From: Aplysia californica
Taxonomy: Eukaryota
DNA length: 64,000 nucleotides
NCBI RefSeq assembly: GCF_000002075.1
Contig: NW_004797536.1
Coordinates: forward strand, 909,178 to 973,177
Direction: 5' to 3'
Position 1 is the stretch's first letter; every line of letters begins with the position of its first letter. Position numbers and translations under genes: made by a program. Below are positions 24,401-35,139 of the stretch, piece by piece. Under the pieces are notes generated by a model. That model searched no databases. It was not told the DNA's origin and was given only the letters and a program-made list of their open reading frames with translations.

Positions 24401-27400
24401 ATTTCCTTGAGTAGATTGCGGCAAGCACGTGATGTCGTGGAAGGTTCAGAGGCGGAAGAGGTGGATGACAAGTGGAGGGTAGGGGCAGGGGAGCCTGTGA
24501 AGGTACAGCTGGGTTCAGCTTGTCACTTATAAGGACAACGTCAGGGTTGTAGGGAAACAGCCCTGACTTGGTGAATCCCATCATGGCTGTTTCCGGCCGA
24601 GCTGCTGGTCCAGAGGCTGTGTCAGGTGGCTGGTGTGGGCCTTGAGGCAATAGAATATTACCCAGTTCTCGCTGCAGAGGTCTGAGAGGCGAACCCCGCC
24701 TTACTGGACGCCATGGCGGCACTGCGCGCCTACCCCCATACATCCCCTCAGAGAGGCTGAGCGGCTCCGTGCTTTGCTTAGCACTGATGCTTCATGCACA
24801 ACACCCTGCTGTGTGTGTAGTATAAATATACACATTTTCATAAAATGAATTGACAGCCTTACAACTGCAGGTCGATGCACTGTTAGAATATGTAATCTGC
24901 AAGCCGGGAAATAATTTAAGTCTGTGTGTGTGCGGTAAGCAACCACAGCGACCTACCAAGGATCTCATGCCTCAGGAAAGGATGCTGTTGGATGTTGATA
25001 AACGCAGGAACACTCTAGCACGTCTAAATTAGTTCATACCAAAGGGTTGGCGCGCTGACCCCCCTGTCGCACATCCCCGTCGCTACTGTATATTATGATT
25101 AGAATGGATATATATGTTTGCCAAAGATTTGTAGTGTAAATGGTTGTGATGTTGCAGTCTGTGGCAAGGTTTTTGTGGATGATTGGCGGATGGCGGATGC
25201 TCTAGTGTAATTTGCTCCTTCATTCCTATCAAATATCTATCTACCTTAGTCCATATCGCCCCGCCTTCTTTGATTTGTGTTTTACTCTGGGGGTAACACC
25301 TCTAATCTTCAGCACTTATGTGACCTGTTTGTGCTGCAAACGCCATAAAACTCTATAATCGTGGGTGGTTGGCGAGTGCTCTGGTGTGGTTTGCTTCTTT
25401 TTTCCTATGAACCATCTATCGTCCTTATCTCCCCTTCTTCTTTTTTATGTTTGTTACTCTCTTGTAACACCTCTAGTCTTCTGGCGCTCGTATGACCTTA
25501 TGCAGCTGCGAGCATCGTAAAACCTCTACTAAAACTAAAGCTCTCTAATCAACCCTTAGAACTAACCAAGATTTATTTCTGGCCAGACGGGGGAACCAAG
25601 AGGAAACAAGAGCACGTGTCTGCGTCCAGTAATGCTGTCCAGCCAAGCAGTCCGTTCCCCAGTGCCAGGGGTCGTGGGGGTCACGGGATGGGAAGGGGCG
25701 GGAGGGGAGGAGCCACAGCCTTCTCCGGCCCCCGGATGAGAGGCTTGACCAAGGACGGCGGCGGCTCGGGTCAGCGGGCCAGGGGTCTGGGCCGGGCCAT
25801 CATGCCACTCATGAGACCAGTCAGTGCCCCGTTTCCCGTAAGTGCCGGGCTCGTGGGGACAGGTTACCGTGTTGTTACCGTTAGTGTTATAGGTTATTGT
25901 TGTTACCGTTACAGATATGTTATGTCACTGTTGGTACTGTTACGGTTTTGTGTTACTGTAGTTACTGTTACAGTTATATGTTGCTGTTGGTACTGTTACA
26001 GTTATATGTTACTGTTGGTACTGTTACAGTTATCTGTTGGTACTGTTACAGTTATCTGTTGGTACTGTTACAGTTATCTGTTGGTACTGTTACAGTTATA
26101 TGTTGCTGTTGGTACTGTTACAGTTATATGTTACTGTTGGTACTGTTACAGTTATATGTTACTGTTGGTACTGTTAGTTATATTTTACTATTGTTACCGT
26201 TACACTGATGGCACACATTACTTTGGTCACTGTTACAGTTATAATATGTTACTGTTATTACAGTTTTATGGTACTGTTGTTACCCTTACAGTTAAATATT
26301 ACTGTCATTACCGTTACAGTTATATGGTACTTTTCTAACTGTTACAGTTGCATATTACTGTTGCTACCCTTACAATTATATATTACTGTTGTTCTATAAC
26401 ACTGATGGTGTGTGTTTCATGACTCGTATCACACAATACAGAGTGGGTGGTTGGCGGGTGCTCTGGTGTGGTTTGCTTCTTCTTTCCTATGAAACATCTA
26501 TTGTCCTTATCTCCCCTTCTTCTTTTTTATGTTTGTTACCCTCTTTTAACACCTCTAATCTTCTGACGCTCATATGATCTTATGCAGTTGCGAGCGCCAT
26601 TAAACCTCTGCTAAAACTAAAACTAATCTAAACACAATACAGAATAATACTTTTGGTTTCGCTCAACTATAGATTAATATTTTTGGTTTCAAACAATAAA
26701 AAAATGATGTTTCTGGTTTCATACAGTGAGGAGATTATGTCTTTGGTTTCACACAATTAAAGAATATTTTTGGTTTCACACACACAACTGAAAAAAATAT
26801 TTCTGGTTTCAGCGCGTTGGTCCTGGCATGCCTGTTCCTATGACTGGCAGACAAAAGATGAATGAAAAGCTGCGGAGAAACAACAATTCTGGACTGAACT
26901 CTGTCCCGGGTGGGGGCGGAGTGATGTACCCTGTGCCGGGGGGCAGTATGGCCATCAGGTGATTTGAGGGTTTTTTTTTCTTATAGCTGCCTGCAGCTGC
27001 AGCATGTGAATTTACACCTCATTTTTATCCTTCTTTCTTCCCGGCAATGTAGACAAAAAAATCTTTTTGTTTTATCGACTGGTGGCGTGAGGTGGTAAAA
27101 AGTAATTTTGACTCTTTGTTTTCTGTTGTTTGGAAGGTTAGGGGAAGAGGCTCCTAGAATTTCAAACTTGCTCATTTCAAGGTATTTGCACTGAAACTTC
27201 CCACTATCACTAAGAAAGACAGACTTGTAAAAGAAAAACAGATTTTTTTTTGGGGGGGGTTGACTTCACTGTTTCTATGGAAACGGTGGCATCTTGAATT
27301 ATAAACAAACAATATTGTACTGTGCTGTCTGTCTGTTGCAGGGGCTCTGGTCCCGGGGGGTCCGTGGGCGACTCCTTCAAACAGGAAATAGCCTCGCTAC

Positions 27401-28417
27401 AGGACCAGCTGGAGCGCAGCACCAAGGTCATCGAGGCCAAGATTGCCTTGCTGCAGCAGTCGGGCGGATTCTACGATGCCGAGATGGCCGCATTTGGCCC
27501 AGGATTTGACTCGGGGTGAGTGCGTGCCATAGACTTGTATCAGAATATCCCAGATCGTGCACTTCATGGTGGCCCATTGACTTGAATTGTGATATCAGGT
27601 AAATTCAACAATAGGACTATAATATACCTCTCTTTGTTAAGTCAACAATGTGACCGTTATATAACCCTCTGTTTTAAGTCGGCAGTATGACTAATGTACC
27701 CCTCTGTTTTAAGTCAGCAATATGACTAATGTACCCCTCTGTTTTAAGTCAGCGATATGACTAATGTACCCCTCTGTTTTAAGTCAGCAATATGACTAAT
27801 GTACCCCTCTGTTTTAAGTCTGCAATATGACTAATGTAACCCTCTGTTTTAAGTCGGCAATATGACAATGGGACTTTAATTTAGCCGTCAGTGTTGAGTT
27901 ACTAATGTGACTAATGTAACCATCTGTGCTAAGTAAAAAATGTGACTCTAATGTAAGCCTCTGTGCTAAGTCAAAAATTAGCCCTCGGTGTTGAGTCAAT
28001 AATTTGACCGTGATGTAGCCCTCTGTGTTAAGTCGACAAAGTGCATTGAGCACTGTCTTCTTAGTGGAAATGTGCTTTATAAGTATAAATGGAATGCATT
28101 AATTTTTAATTTCTAATTTTTGTTTATTTTCCCTTGCTGTCAGGCCGTGGGACGGTGGAGACTTTGGCTACGACAACGACTACGGCGTGGAGACGTTTGG
28201 GGAGGAGGATATGTACAGGCTGCCGGCTGCGCACGATTTCCCGGCGGAGCCACACGCCTTGATGCAGGCCGGTGTGCCCGGGAGGGGGGGCCTGGTGGGT
28301 GTCCAGGGGTACAGAGGGCTCCCCGGGAGGGGCCACAGGGGGAGGGGCATGCTGCAGATGAGGGGGAAGACGAGGAGTCGGCCGTCGCGGAGAGGCAGTA
28401 TGTCTGCCGCCTGGTGA
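14845..28417 (+). CDS. Uncharacterised 552-aa protein: acidic N-terminus, two degenerate nucleolin-like RRMs, RG/RGG regions, short coiled coil
   Basis: Ten GT-AG exons with compatible phases and no internal stop: 14845-15049, 17077-17239, 18723-18859, 20368-20536, 21500-21618, 22052-22072, 25587-25837, 26813-26958, 27342-27515, 28144-28417 (1659 nt). RRM-like motifs RKGCVQIFLADRQTAKTVMRSMTWKSMAAKELTVEV and RSAKVSNLPGAITLGFLEVIL..HGSLDFDC..VMNGQQLGFE; RGRGGHGMGRGGRGG. An acceptor AG at 14842-14843 implies an upstream 5' exon. Candidate polyA AATAAA at 30613. Confidence 0.85.
15797..16325 (-). mobile_element. tRNA-derived SINE with Nin/Deu-like central domain and I/Nimb-type tail; partial copy 45155-45315
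   Basis: Minus strand: head GGGTCTCTCGTGGCCTACAGGTTAAGG..GGGTTCGAATCCGGG (A and B boxes); centre GCACCTTACAGATCCCTTGGTGGTCCAAAATC; tail ATGAGACCTTCTGCAGTTGCGAGCGCCGTAAAAC. Confidence 0.75.
16645..17766 (-). mobile_element. Two copies (16645-17055, 17336-17766) of a ~430-bp MITE with GTG...CAC ends flanking exon 2; further copies 22970-23405, 43148-43576, 51066-51488
   Basis: TIR core GTGGTGAAATCAGGCGCTCGTCAA / TTGACGAGCGCCTGATTCCACCAC; ATAT on both sides of the 51066 copy (4-bp AT-rich TSD, Sola-like). Confidence 0.8.
18078..18460 (+). mobile_element. Short non-tRNA retroposon, family B, full length; inverted copy 41026-41417
   Basis: Aligns end to end with the reverse complement of 41026-41417; shared 3' tail. 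Confidence 0.8.
21188..21359. mobile_element. Tigger-type MITE
   Basis: TA|CAGTATAACACGGAT ... ATCCGTGTTATACTT|TA. Confidence 0.65.
22424..25090 (-). mobile_element. Decayed pogo/Fot1-like transposon with PHD-finger transposase relic, carrying nested SINE and MITE insertions
   Basis: Minus-strand end TA|CAGTAGCGACGGGGATGTGCGACA, degenerate partner at ~22424-22449. Relic peptides PETAMMGFTKSGLFPYNPD (motif after the DDE_1 domain), a K/E/R-rich coiled region, and CAGCG..LCDKWWH (PHD remnant) at ~23660-24600. Confidence 0.8.
22496..22849 (+). mobile_element. Full-length tRNA-derived CORE-type SINE; partial copies 60880-61105 (+) and 62343-62490 (-)
   Basis: A-box TGGCCTAGTGG, B-box GGTTCGAATCC, core domain, (TTA)n tail. 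Confidence 0.9.
25361..25540 (+). mobile_element. ~185-bp non-tRNA retroposon, family A; copies at ~25190, 26443, 30290, 40262(-), 42149, 46159, 60230(-), 61918(-)
   Basis: Fixed 5' end GTGGGTGGTTGGCGGGTGCTCTGGTGTGG; tail ATGACCTTATGCAGTTGCGAGCGC..TAAAACCTCTACTAAAACTAAA. Confidence 0.8.
25862..26400. repeat. GTTACT-based minisatellite (22-28-bp units)
   Basis: GTTACTGTTGGTACTGTTACAGTTATAT repeated. Confidence 0.95.
27625..28040. repeat. 35-bp minisatellite decaying toward its 3' end
   Basis: CTCTGTTTTAAGTCAGCAATATGACTAATGTACCC repeated. Confidence 0.9.
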
Positions 28418-29190
28418 CGAGAGCCTGATTGAGAGGCGATGTGCTTGGTGACAAAGCAGCGATTCATGATAGAGAGTCGATATGTCTGATGACAAATCAA
28501 TGACCCCTAACAGAGTCGATATGTCTGGTGACTAGGCTATGACGGAGAGGCAGTATGTGTGCTGCCTGGCGACTAGACTGACGGAAAAGCAATTTCTGGT
28601 GACAAGACTTGACGGAGAGGCGATACGTCTGACTGGACTAATGGAGATGCGATATGTCTGGTGACAAAACAGTGACTCGTGATAAGAGAGTCGATATGTT
28701 TGGTGATTAGGTTGTGACGGAGAATAAATATGTGTGCTTCCTGGCGACTAGACTGACGGAAAGGCGATAGTCTGGTGACTAGACGGACGGAAATGCGATA
28801 TCTGGTGACTGGGCTATGACGGAGAGGTGGTGTGTTTGGTGACTAGACTGATGGAGAGATGATATGTTTGGTGACAAGATTGACGGAGAGAGGATATGTT
28901 TGGTGACTAGATTGACGGAGAGAGGATATGTTTGGTAACTAGATTGACAGGGAGGTGATATGTTTGGTGACTGGGCTGTGACGGAGAGGCGATATGTCTG
29001 GTGACAAAACAGTGACTCATGATAGAGAGTCGATATGTCTGGTGACTAGACTGATGGAGAGGGGATATGTCTGGTGACTTGACTCTGACGTAGAGGCGAT
29101 ATGCCTGGAAACTGATGGAGAGGTGATATGTCTGGTGACTAGACTGTGACAGAGAGGCGATATATGTCTGTGGTATGGTGACCAGACTGG
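28385..29190 (+). repeat. Degenerate ~31-35-bp tandem repeat forming the start of the 3' UTR
   Basis: GACGGAGAGGCGATATGTCTGGTGACTAGACT, about 20 diverged units. Confidence 0.9.
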
Positions 29191-31892
29191 CTTGTTTCTG
29201 ATCATGTGGTGGATAAAGTAAATTGTTCGCAAGTGCAAAAATTTGTGTTCAAACGTGTTGGTTTTTGGAGATGTATTTTGTAATTTATGAGTCAAAATGG
29301 TATTTTTTAAAAAAATATTTTAAAACCCCTTTATTGCCTTTTGACTCACCATGGACGTCACTAAAGATGACAAAATTTTCCACTCCTGGTTGCCTATATG
29401 ATGCCAACATGTACGTCACGTTATCGATAGCAAATTTGCTAGCATTAGTTTACTGCTAGGCTTGCAAATAATGGATAAACACAGGTCTAGTCTTGTTGGC
29501 GAACGTCTGCTCTCACGAAACAAACACCACAATGACTTTTAAAAGGGCAGAAAATTTCACCTTTTGACTTAGATTTGCAAGTTTTTCAAAATTATGAGTA
29601 AGATGGGAAGGAATACAGGGATTGTGGAAAGTGAAGAAAGTTGCACGATCGAAGACCTGGGGTCTGAAATATGTCACAAGTTGATAGATCTAGACCGTGA
29701 GTCCCCTAAAACTGAGACATGAGACTGCTGTCCTGGCTTACATGCAATGCTGAAAATGAATGCTAATAGTAGGAATGCACACACCATGGCGGCTGAGAGG
29801 TTAAGGATGTATTTTGTCATTTGTGAGCAAAAAATTTTTTTTAAGATGTATTTTGGCATTTGTGTGAATGTGGGTTTGAGTTTCTGGAAGATTCAGGCCT
29901 TGTGTTGCTTCCTGCAAACCCTGGCAAGAATTTGTATTTTTATCAGGGGCTACGGGGAAACCTTTCACATGCTGCACAAGTACCAATACCGACTAATCGC
30001 ACATTTATATAAAGTACACTATCTACTGAGTAAATGGATTCATACTGATTTTATATTAAAAGCTGAGATTTTTTTTTTAACATCGTAACTTATTTCCCCC
30101 CCCCCCCCCCCCCCCCCCAAGTACACAGTTCTGAGATACTAGTTTTAAATGTGTGAGAATGTATGTGTAGGTCTGAGAGTTATGTGCGTTGGGGGGGGGG
30201 GGGGGGGGGGATGTGTATGGGTTGTTAAATGGTCTTACAATGTACATATTTTCTGTCTTTTCATTTGTCAATTGTGTTGAGTGATAATTCTGCTGTGTGC
30301 AGCGCTTAGTCAGAGCGTTATCTCTCCTTCCTATTTGTATTTGTTACTCTCTTGTAACACCACTAATCTTCAACATAATATATATAACCTAATTGTGTTG
30401 CGCAGTTGCAGGTGCAGTAAAACCTTTACTAAAAAGAAAAGACAGGTCCTACAGTTGAGTGGCCAGTGAATATGAATATATATGAGTGTGTCCTCTGATG
30501 TGTGCACACCTGGGTGGTTCACACATGTGTTCTTCTTTCATATACTATGATTGACTGAATGTAAATATTTATTCATAATGTATTTTGTAATGAACTTTAA
30601 AAAAAAAAAAAGAATAAATGAAAGAGCTAACGAATTGCAGTTTTCCCCGTGTTTATAGGCTACTTTTCCAATACAACAAGGTCGTGTGTGTGTATGTATG
30701 GTTATCAGAATCATTACAGTCGAGACATTTGTTTTTTAAGGGTAGGGATACTTGAGATATTGACCATACACCCTGTGCCCAGTCTTATTTGACCTGCTGC
30801 TGCCTCTAAACAAGTCCAGCTATTAAATTCAGGTGGTTTCTTCATTTAATTGATATCAGCATGGATACTTATAGATTTTGAAGGGGTACAGATTGCGTTA
30901 GCTGGCGAGTCTTATCTCCTTCTCTCTCTCAGGCTGGTTTGTACATTTTGTCAGTAGCTATCATCACTGACTTGTGTACATATTGTGTCAGTAGCTATCA
31001 TCATCACTGTTAATATACCGCCTTGATATCAAAGACACTGAAAGTTTGGTCCATGTAGGTCTAAAATCCCTTTCTTGGCGGTCATTCTCGTGCATGAATT
31101 CGTTTTTACTCGTTGTAATTTATTGCAAGTTTGTCCTGATTTCGATAAGTCCACTGGACTGACGAGATGTTAGTACAAGGGCTGTTCCGAAATTAAAGTG
31201 AAAATGTCATGACTTACAGTGTTTTAGTTTAATCACAAAGGGATTTCAGCACAAAGTGCTGACATTACTCATTACTGACACTGTTTATCTTCTTCTTAAT
31301 GAAATTCCAGTGAAGATCATTTCACAATGTTTTCTAGGATCTTTTGACCCATAGTGAAAACACTTCACGTTCCCCCGACTCCACAGAGTGTTAGTGTTAG
31401 TTTAACCGTTACTTCTGATACTGGAGGGTTAATGAGAAAATGAGATAACACTAGGGACTCTGAAACAAGTTCAGCATTTAATGTTTTAAGATTTCTGTTG
31501 TCAGCGTAGACAGCAATTTCTTTTTCCTCTTCACAATGACTGCACAGGAGACATAATACATCATTCAGGCACAAGGAAATAAGATGTCTAAGATAAATAC
31601 CCCACCCATACCCATTACATTGACATGGGTTCACAGTTTACCTTAAGCAGCTGCGAACAAATTTGTTGCATAACATCCAGCAAACATTGTATAGATTGGA
31701 AGAAAAAATAATTCAAAACAAGACCAAATAACAATTCATGACATGAGGTGAAAAATGTTAGTGCCATGAGCAATGCTGTAGGAATGCAGCATGGGCATCT
31801 GTGGGAGGTCTGGACCGTGGGCAGAACAAACTGTGACGTTGATGGTGATGATGAATTCTGTTCCTTTCTTTCATTCTCAAACCCGGAGTGGA

Positions 31893-33927
31893 TCAGTAAG
31901 CACGTCTCACAGCCTCGCAGGCTTCTTGACATAAGGGGTCAAGGTCTCCATCACCGCCTGGAAATGCGACAGGAAGGTAACACAGAGTAGTAAATGTGAC
32001 AATGTCTGCTTATTTTATTGATAATTGAGTGTTATGCTCAGAAAGTGCTCCAGAAGAGAATGAAAAGTTAGTAATGTCAGCTTGTTTCATAGTCGGTGGA
32101 TCAAGTGTTACACTCAGAAAGTGCTCTACAAAACAAATTTTTTTCTCAATCTTCCAAGATTTTATTGGTCTTTCCTTCATTTGTTGCAGTAACTAAATGT
32201 AGAACTATCATAAGAAATACGTGTGCATGTACACATGTAGGCTACATGATTCAGTTAGGTTAACAGAATAAAGAATATACTTCCAATAAAATGGAACACA
32301 TTATTATATTATATCAATGCTGTCCTCCCCCACCAAAAAAAAAAAAGTGACTTCAATTTTACTTTATTTGCCACTTGAAAAGTGGGTCATAATTACAGTT
32401 ACTAATTCTTTTGTGACTTTATATTTTTCTTTTAAGGGTAACCCGAAATGTATTACAGCACTTATATTGTTAAGACGTTTTCTCTATTTTTTATTTCTGT
32501 TTAAGGATATAAAATTTTGTGTTACATGGTAAACAAGTACACAAACAAGTTGCATTTGCGACTATCTATATAGAGCAAGTGACTGCACTTAAAAATATAC
32601 CTTCTGCAGCATAAGAAATTAACAAGCTGGACTGTACAGTGCACCCATCTGGAACACTAATAAAAAAGGAGGCCTACATGTACTGAAATAAGGCTTCTTC
32701 AGAAGAGGGTGTATTCATGAGTAGAGACTTACCGTAATCCAGATCTCGAATGTCGCAGCTGAAAATCTTTTCTCCATTGACCCAGATCTCCACTCTATTC
32801 CAGTCTTTGAAAGGTCTCAGTTCCACAATATGTCCAGCTCGACTAAGGATCGCTGCAAAGATTAAATGATAATTAGTCAGAGTGAAGAAGATCAGTCCAC
32901 CTAAAAATGTATTGCAAGTGCCGTAAAACTAATAACTAAATCTAAAAACTAAGTTCTAAGTTCAACATTTTTTTTCAAACATCTGTTTTCCTGAGGTTTG
33001 ACAGGTAATCTAAGTACAACAACTATTTTCCCTCATCTGTCTTCCTGTTGTATGTCAGATAATCTTATTTCAACAGCTTACCTTTGCTAGCCAAGCTCCA
33101 CTACAGACAGAATGTATCAAGGTGAAGAGAGGAAAAAAAAACAGACGGAACTTTGGTTCCTCTCTTCCCCTCCACTCTTGCTCCACACTTCATTACATCT
33201 ACCTGATCAACCATTGCTCCTTGCTGATTAAGATCATGCCATAAATATACATAGACGATCTATATATACAGTTATTATAAAAATCACATCTTGGGGTACA
33301 CTTGTCACTTGTGGAAAAGCATTCTACAGTTTCCTCTTTCTAGGAGGTGTCACTGACTCAAAGGTTGATGTGTAATGACCCTCCATCCTTCACGGTCGCG
33401 AGTAGCCATTGCACATTCAGCTATACCAAGGCTAGTCCATACCATGTATATACATTTATCGTCGAGACCAGAAAAAAATAGTCATAATAGAGAGTTATTG
33501 TCATTATAGAGAGGCAACCAAAAGTTACTATATATATGAATATGAGGAAAGAATCAGGATCTGTGGGCACCATGTGGCTATACAGAGGATGTTGTTATAT
33601 CGAAGGTCGTTATAGACAGGCTGTACTGTATACAGTGGAAACCTAGTATCACAGGGATGGTGGGACCAGAGAAAAAAGTCCAGTTATATCAGATCCCCGT
33701 TAAAATTAAATCAGAAATGCAAGGGCGAAGTAAACATTTGTGGACTAATAGTAATCCAGCTGTATTTATTCATGGGTAGTTTCCCTTGCACAGCGCAGCC
33801 CTCTCTCGTGGCCATGTGGCAGGCCTGCACATGACACATTACGTGTGCGTGTAGCTAGGCGAAGTCTGCAGCACACCGTAGCCCTCTCTCACTTCACCCG
33901 CTGCTTGGGCTTGCTCCATTTTATCAC

Positions 33928-33966
<39 letters not shown>

Positions 33967-34157
33967 GTTGTAATCATTAATCTTTTTTTCGCTCACCGAA
34001 CAGGAGAAAATAGATAGAAGTAAACGTAAGCCACTAAACAAAAAAGACTCCGTTTTTCCCTACTTTTCATCCCCTGTAGCCTGGACTGTCGGTACTCCAC
34101 TGTGGCAGCAGCTTCGTACGGCCCATAGTGGAGAAACACTTTGGCATTGGAAGGCAT
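31893..34157 (-). CDS. C10orf53: UPF0728 protein, C10orf53 homologue (92 aa)
   Basis: Exons 34157-34064, 32852-32733, 31957-31893 give MPSNAKVFLHYGPYEAAATVEYRQSRLQGMKTILSRAGHIVELRPFKDWNRVEIWVNGEKIFSCDIRDLDYGGDGDLDPLCQEACEAVRRAY*, with family motifs YGPY, RLQG, DWN.VE..VN and GGDG.LDPLC. Probable 5' UTR exon with donor at 34844. Confidence 0.95.
33470..33965. mobile_element. Adjacent Tigger-like fragments in C10orf53 intron
   Basis: ..GTTATAGACAGGCTGTACTG|TATA|CAGTGGAAACC..; 33860-33960 is the reverse complement of ~1090-1210. Confidence 0.65.
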
Positions 34158-34843
34158 TGGACCCCCTGTTCAATGCACAGACATCAGTTAGTTTGAGATC
34201 TAAAGATATGGTCATTGCACAAATTCAGTTCAAGAGCATCATGCAGTCTAAATTGTCCCAGATGAGAACAGACAGACAATTTGACAGTTGAGAAAGACAG
34301 ACAATGATAGTAATTTGATAGTGGAGACGGACAAACAGATAGACAGTTATTTAACAGTGGCAAAGAACTGACAGAGGCAGTCATGAATCAATCGACTGTA
34401 GAAAAAAACATGTAGGCTAGATCTAGATCTATATGAAGTGATCTTTTATGAATAGGCTTATTATGCCTGATCATCCGACTTTTAGATCCATGTGCAAAGA
34501 TCTGAGAAGATTAAACAGAGAAATTTCATTTTACCCTGCTTTAACCACAGTCAGACGAAAGTGAACATGTTTACCGTATTATATAGATCTAGATTCTAGA
34601 CCTAGATATCTAGATCTAGATTAGACTAGATCTAGATTATAGTAATAATCCAATCCAGGCTATAGCAGCTACTGTACAAAATTCAATTCCAGTAGTATGG
34701 GCAGTATGTATGGGCTAAACTATCTTACAAAAAACAAGCTTGAGAAAAGATGATCTAATCTAGAATCTAGGTCTAAATTCATTTTACATTTTGAAATCTG
34801 TGATCCAGGATAATAGTTATAGATCTCCAAAGAGGCATCATAC

Positions 34844-35139
34844 CTTTCTTTTTGTGTTGCTATTTAGTAAAAGTACATCAATGGAAAGAAAACACAAAAC
34901 AGGAGATGTAACGGAAATGTTTCTATGGGACGCTCATTAGATGCGAGGTGAATGTATAAAATGTACTACATTTTTATACAGCAAATATAGTAAATCAATA
35001 ATATCAGACACAATATCCTATGGCATTTACAGAGAGTGTCATTCCAATCTTGAAAGTTGAAAGAAACAATTTGGTTAGTGATAATATCTGACCTTGGTTT
35101 TTTTCGTTCATACAACTGTTCCGCAGTGCAGAAGTCAAA
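34844..35139. promoter_or_regulatory. Bidirectional promoter between C10orf53 and NFU1 with candidate RFX X-box
   Basis: Divergent first exons under 300 bp apart; GTTTCTATGGGAC (34919-34931, X-box-like) next to ETS-like CGGAAAT; AAAATGGC start context for NFU1. Confidence 0.6.

Noticed and set aside
25838-26399. Cys/Tyr/Val-rich ORF extensions
   Set aside because: Translation of the GTTACT minisatellite beyond a strong donor at 25838.
30550-30640. Overlapping 3' ends of the RRM gene and C10orf53
   Set aside because: Closer minus-strand signals exist (ATTAAA ~31480, AATAAA ~31120); no support without transcripts.
31893-34157. Selenoprotein interpretation of C10orf53
   Set aside because: No in-frame TGA or CxxU motif; the TGA falls at the family's normal C-terminus.
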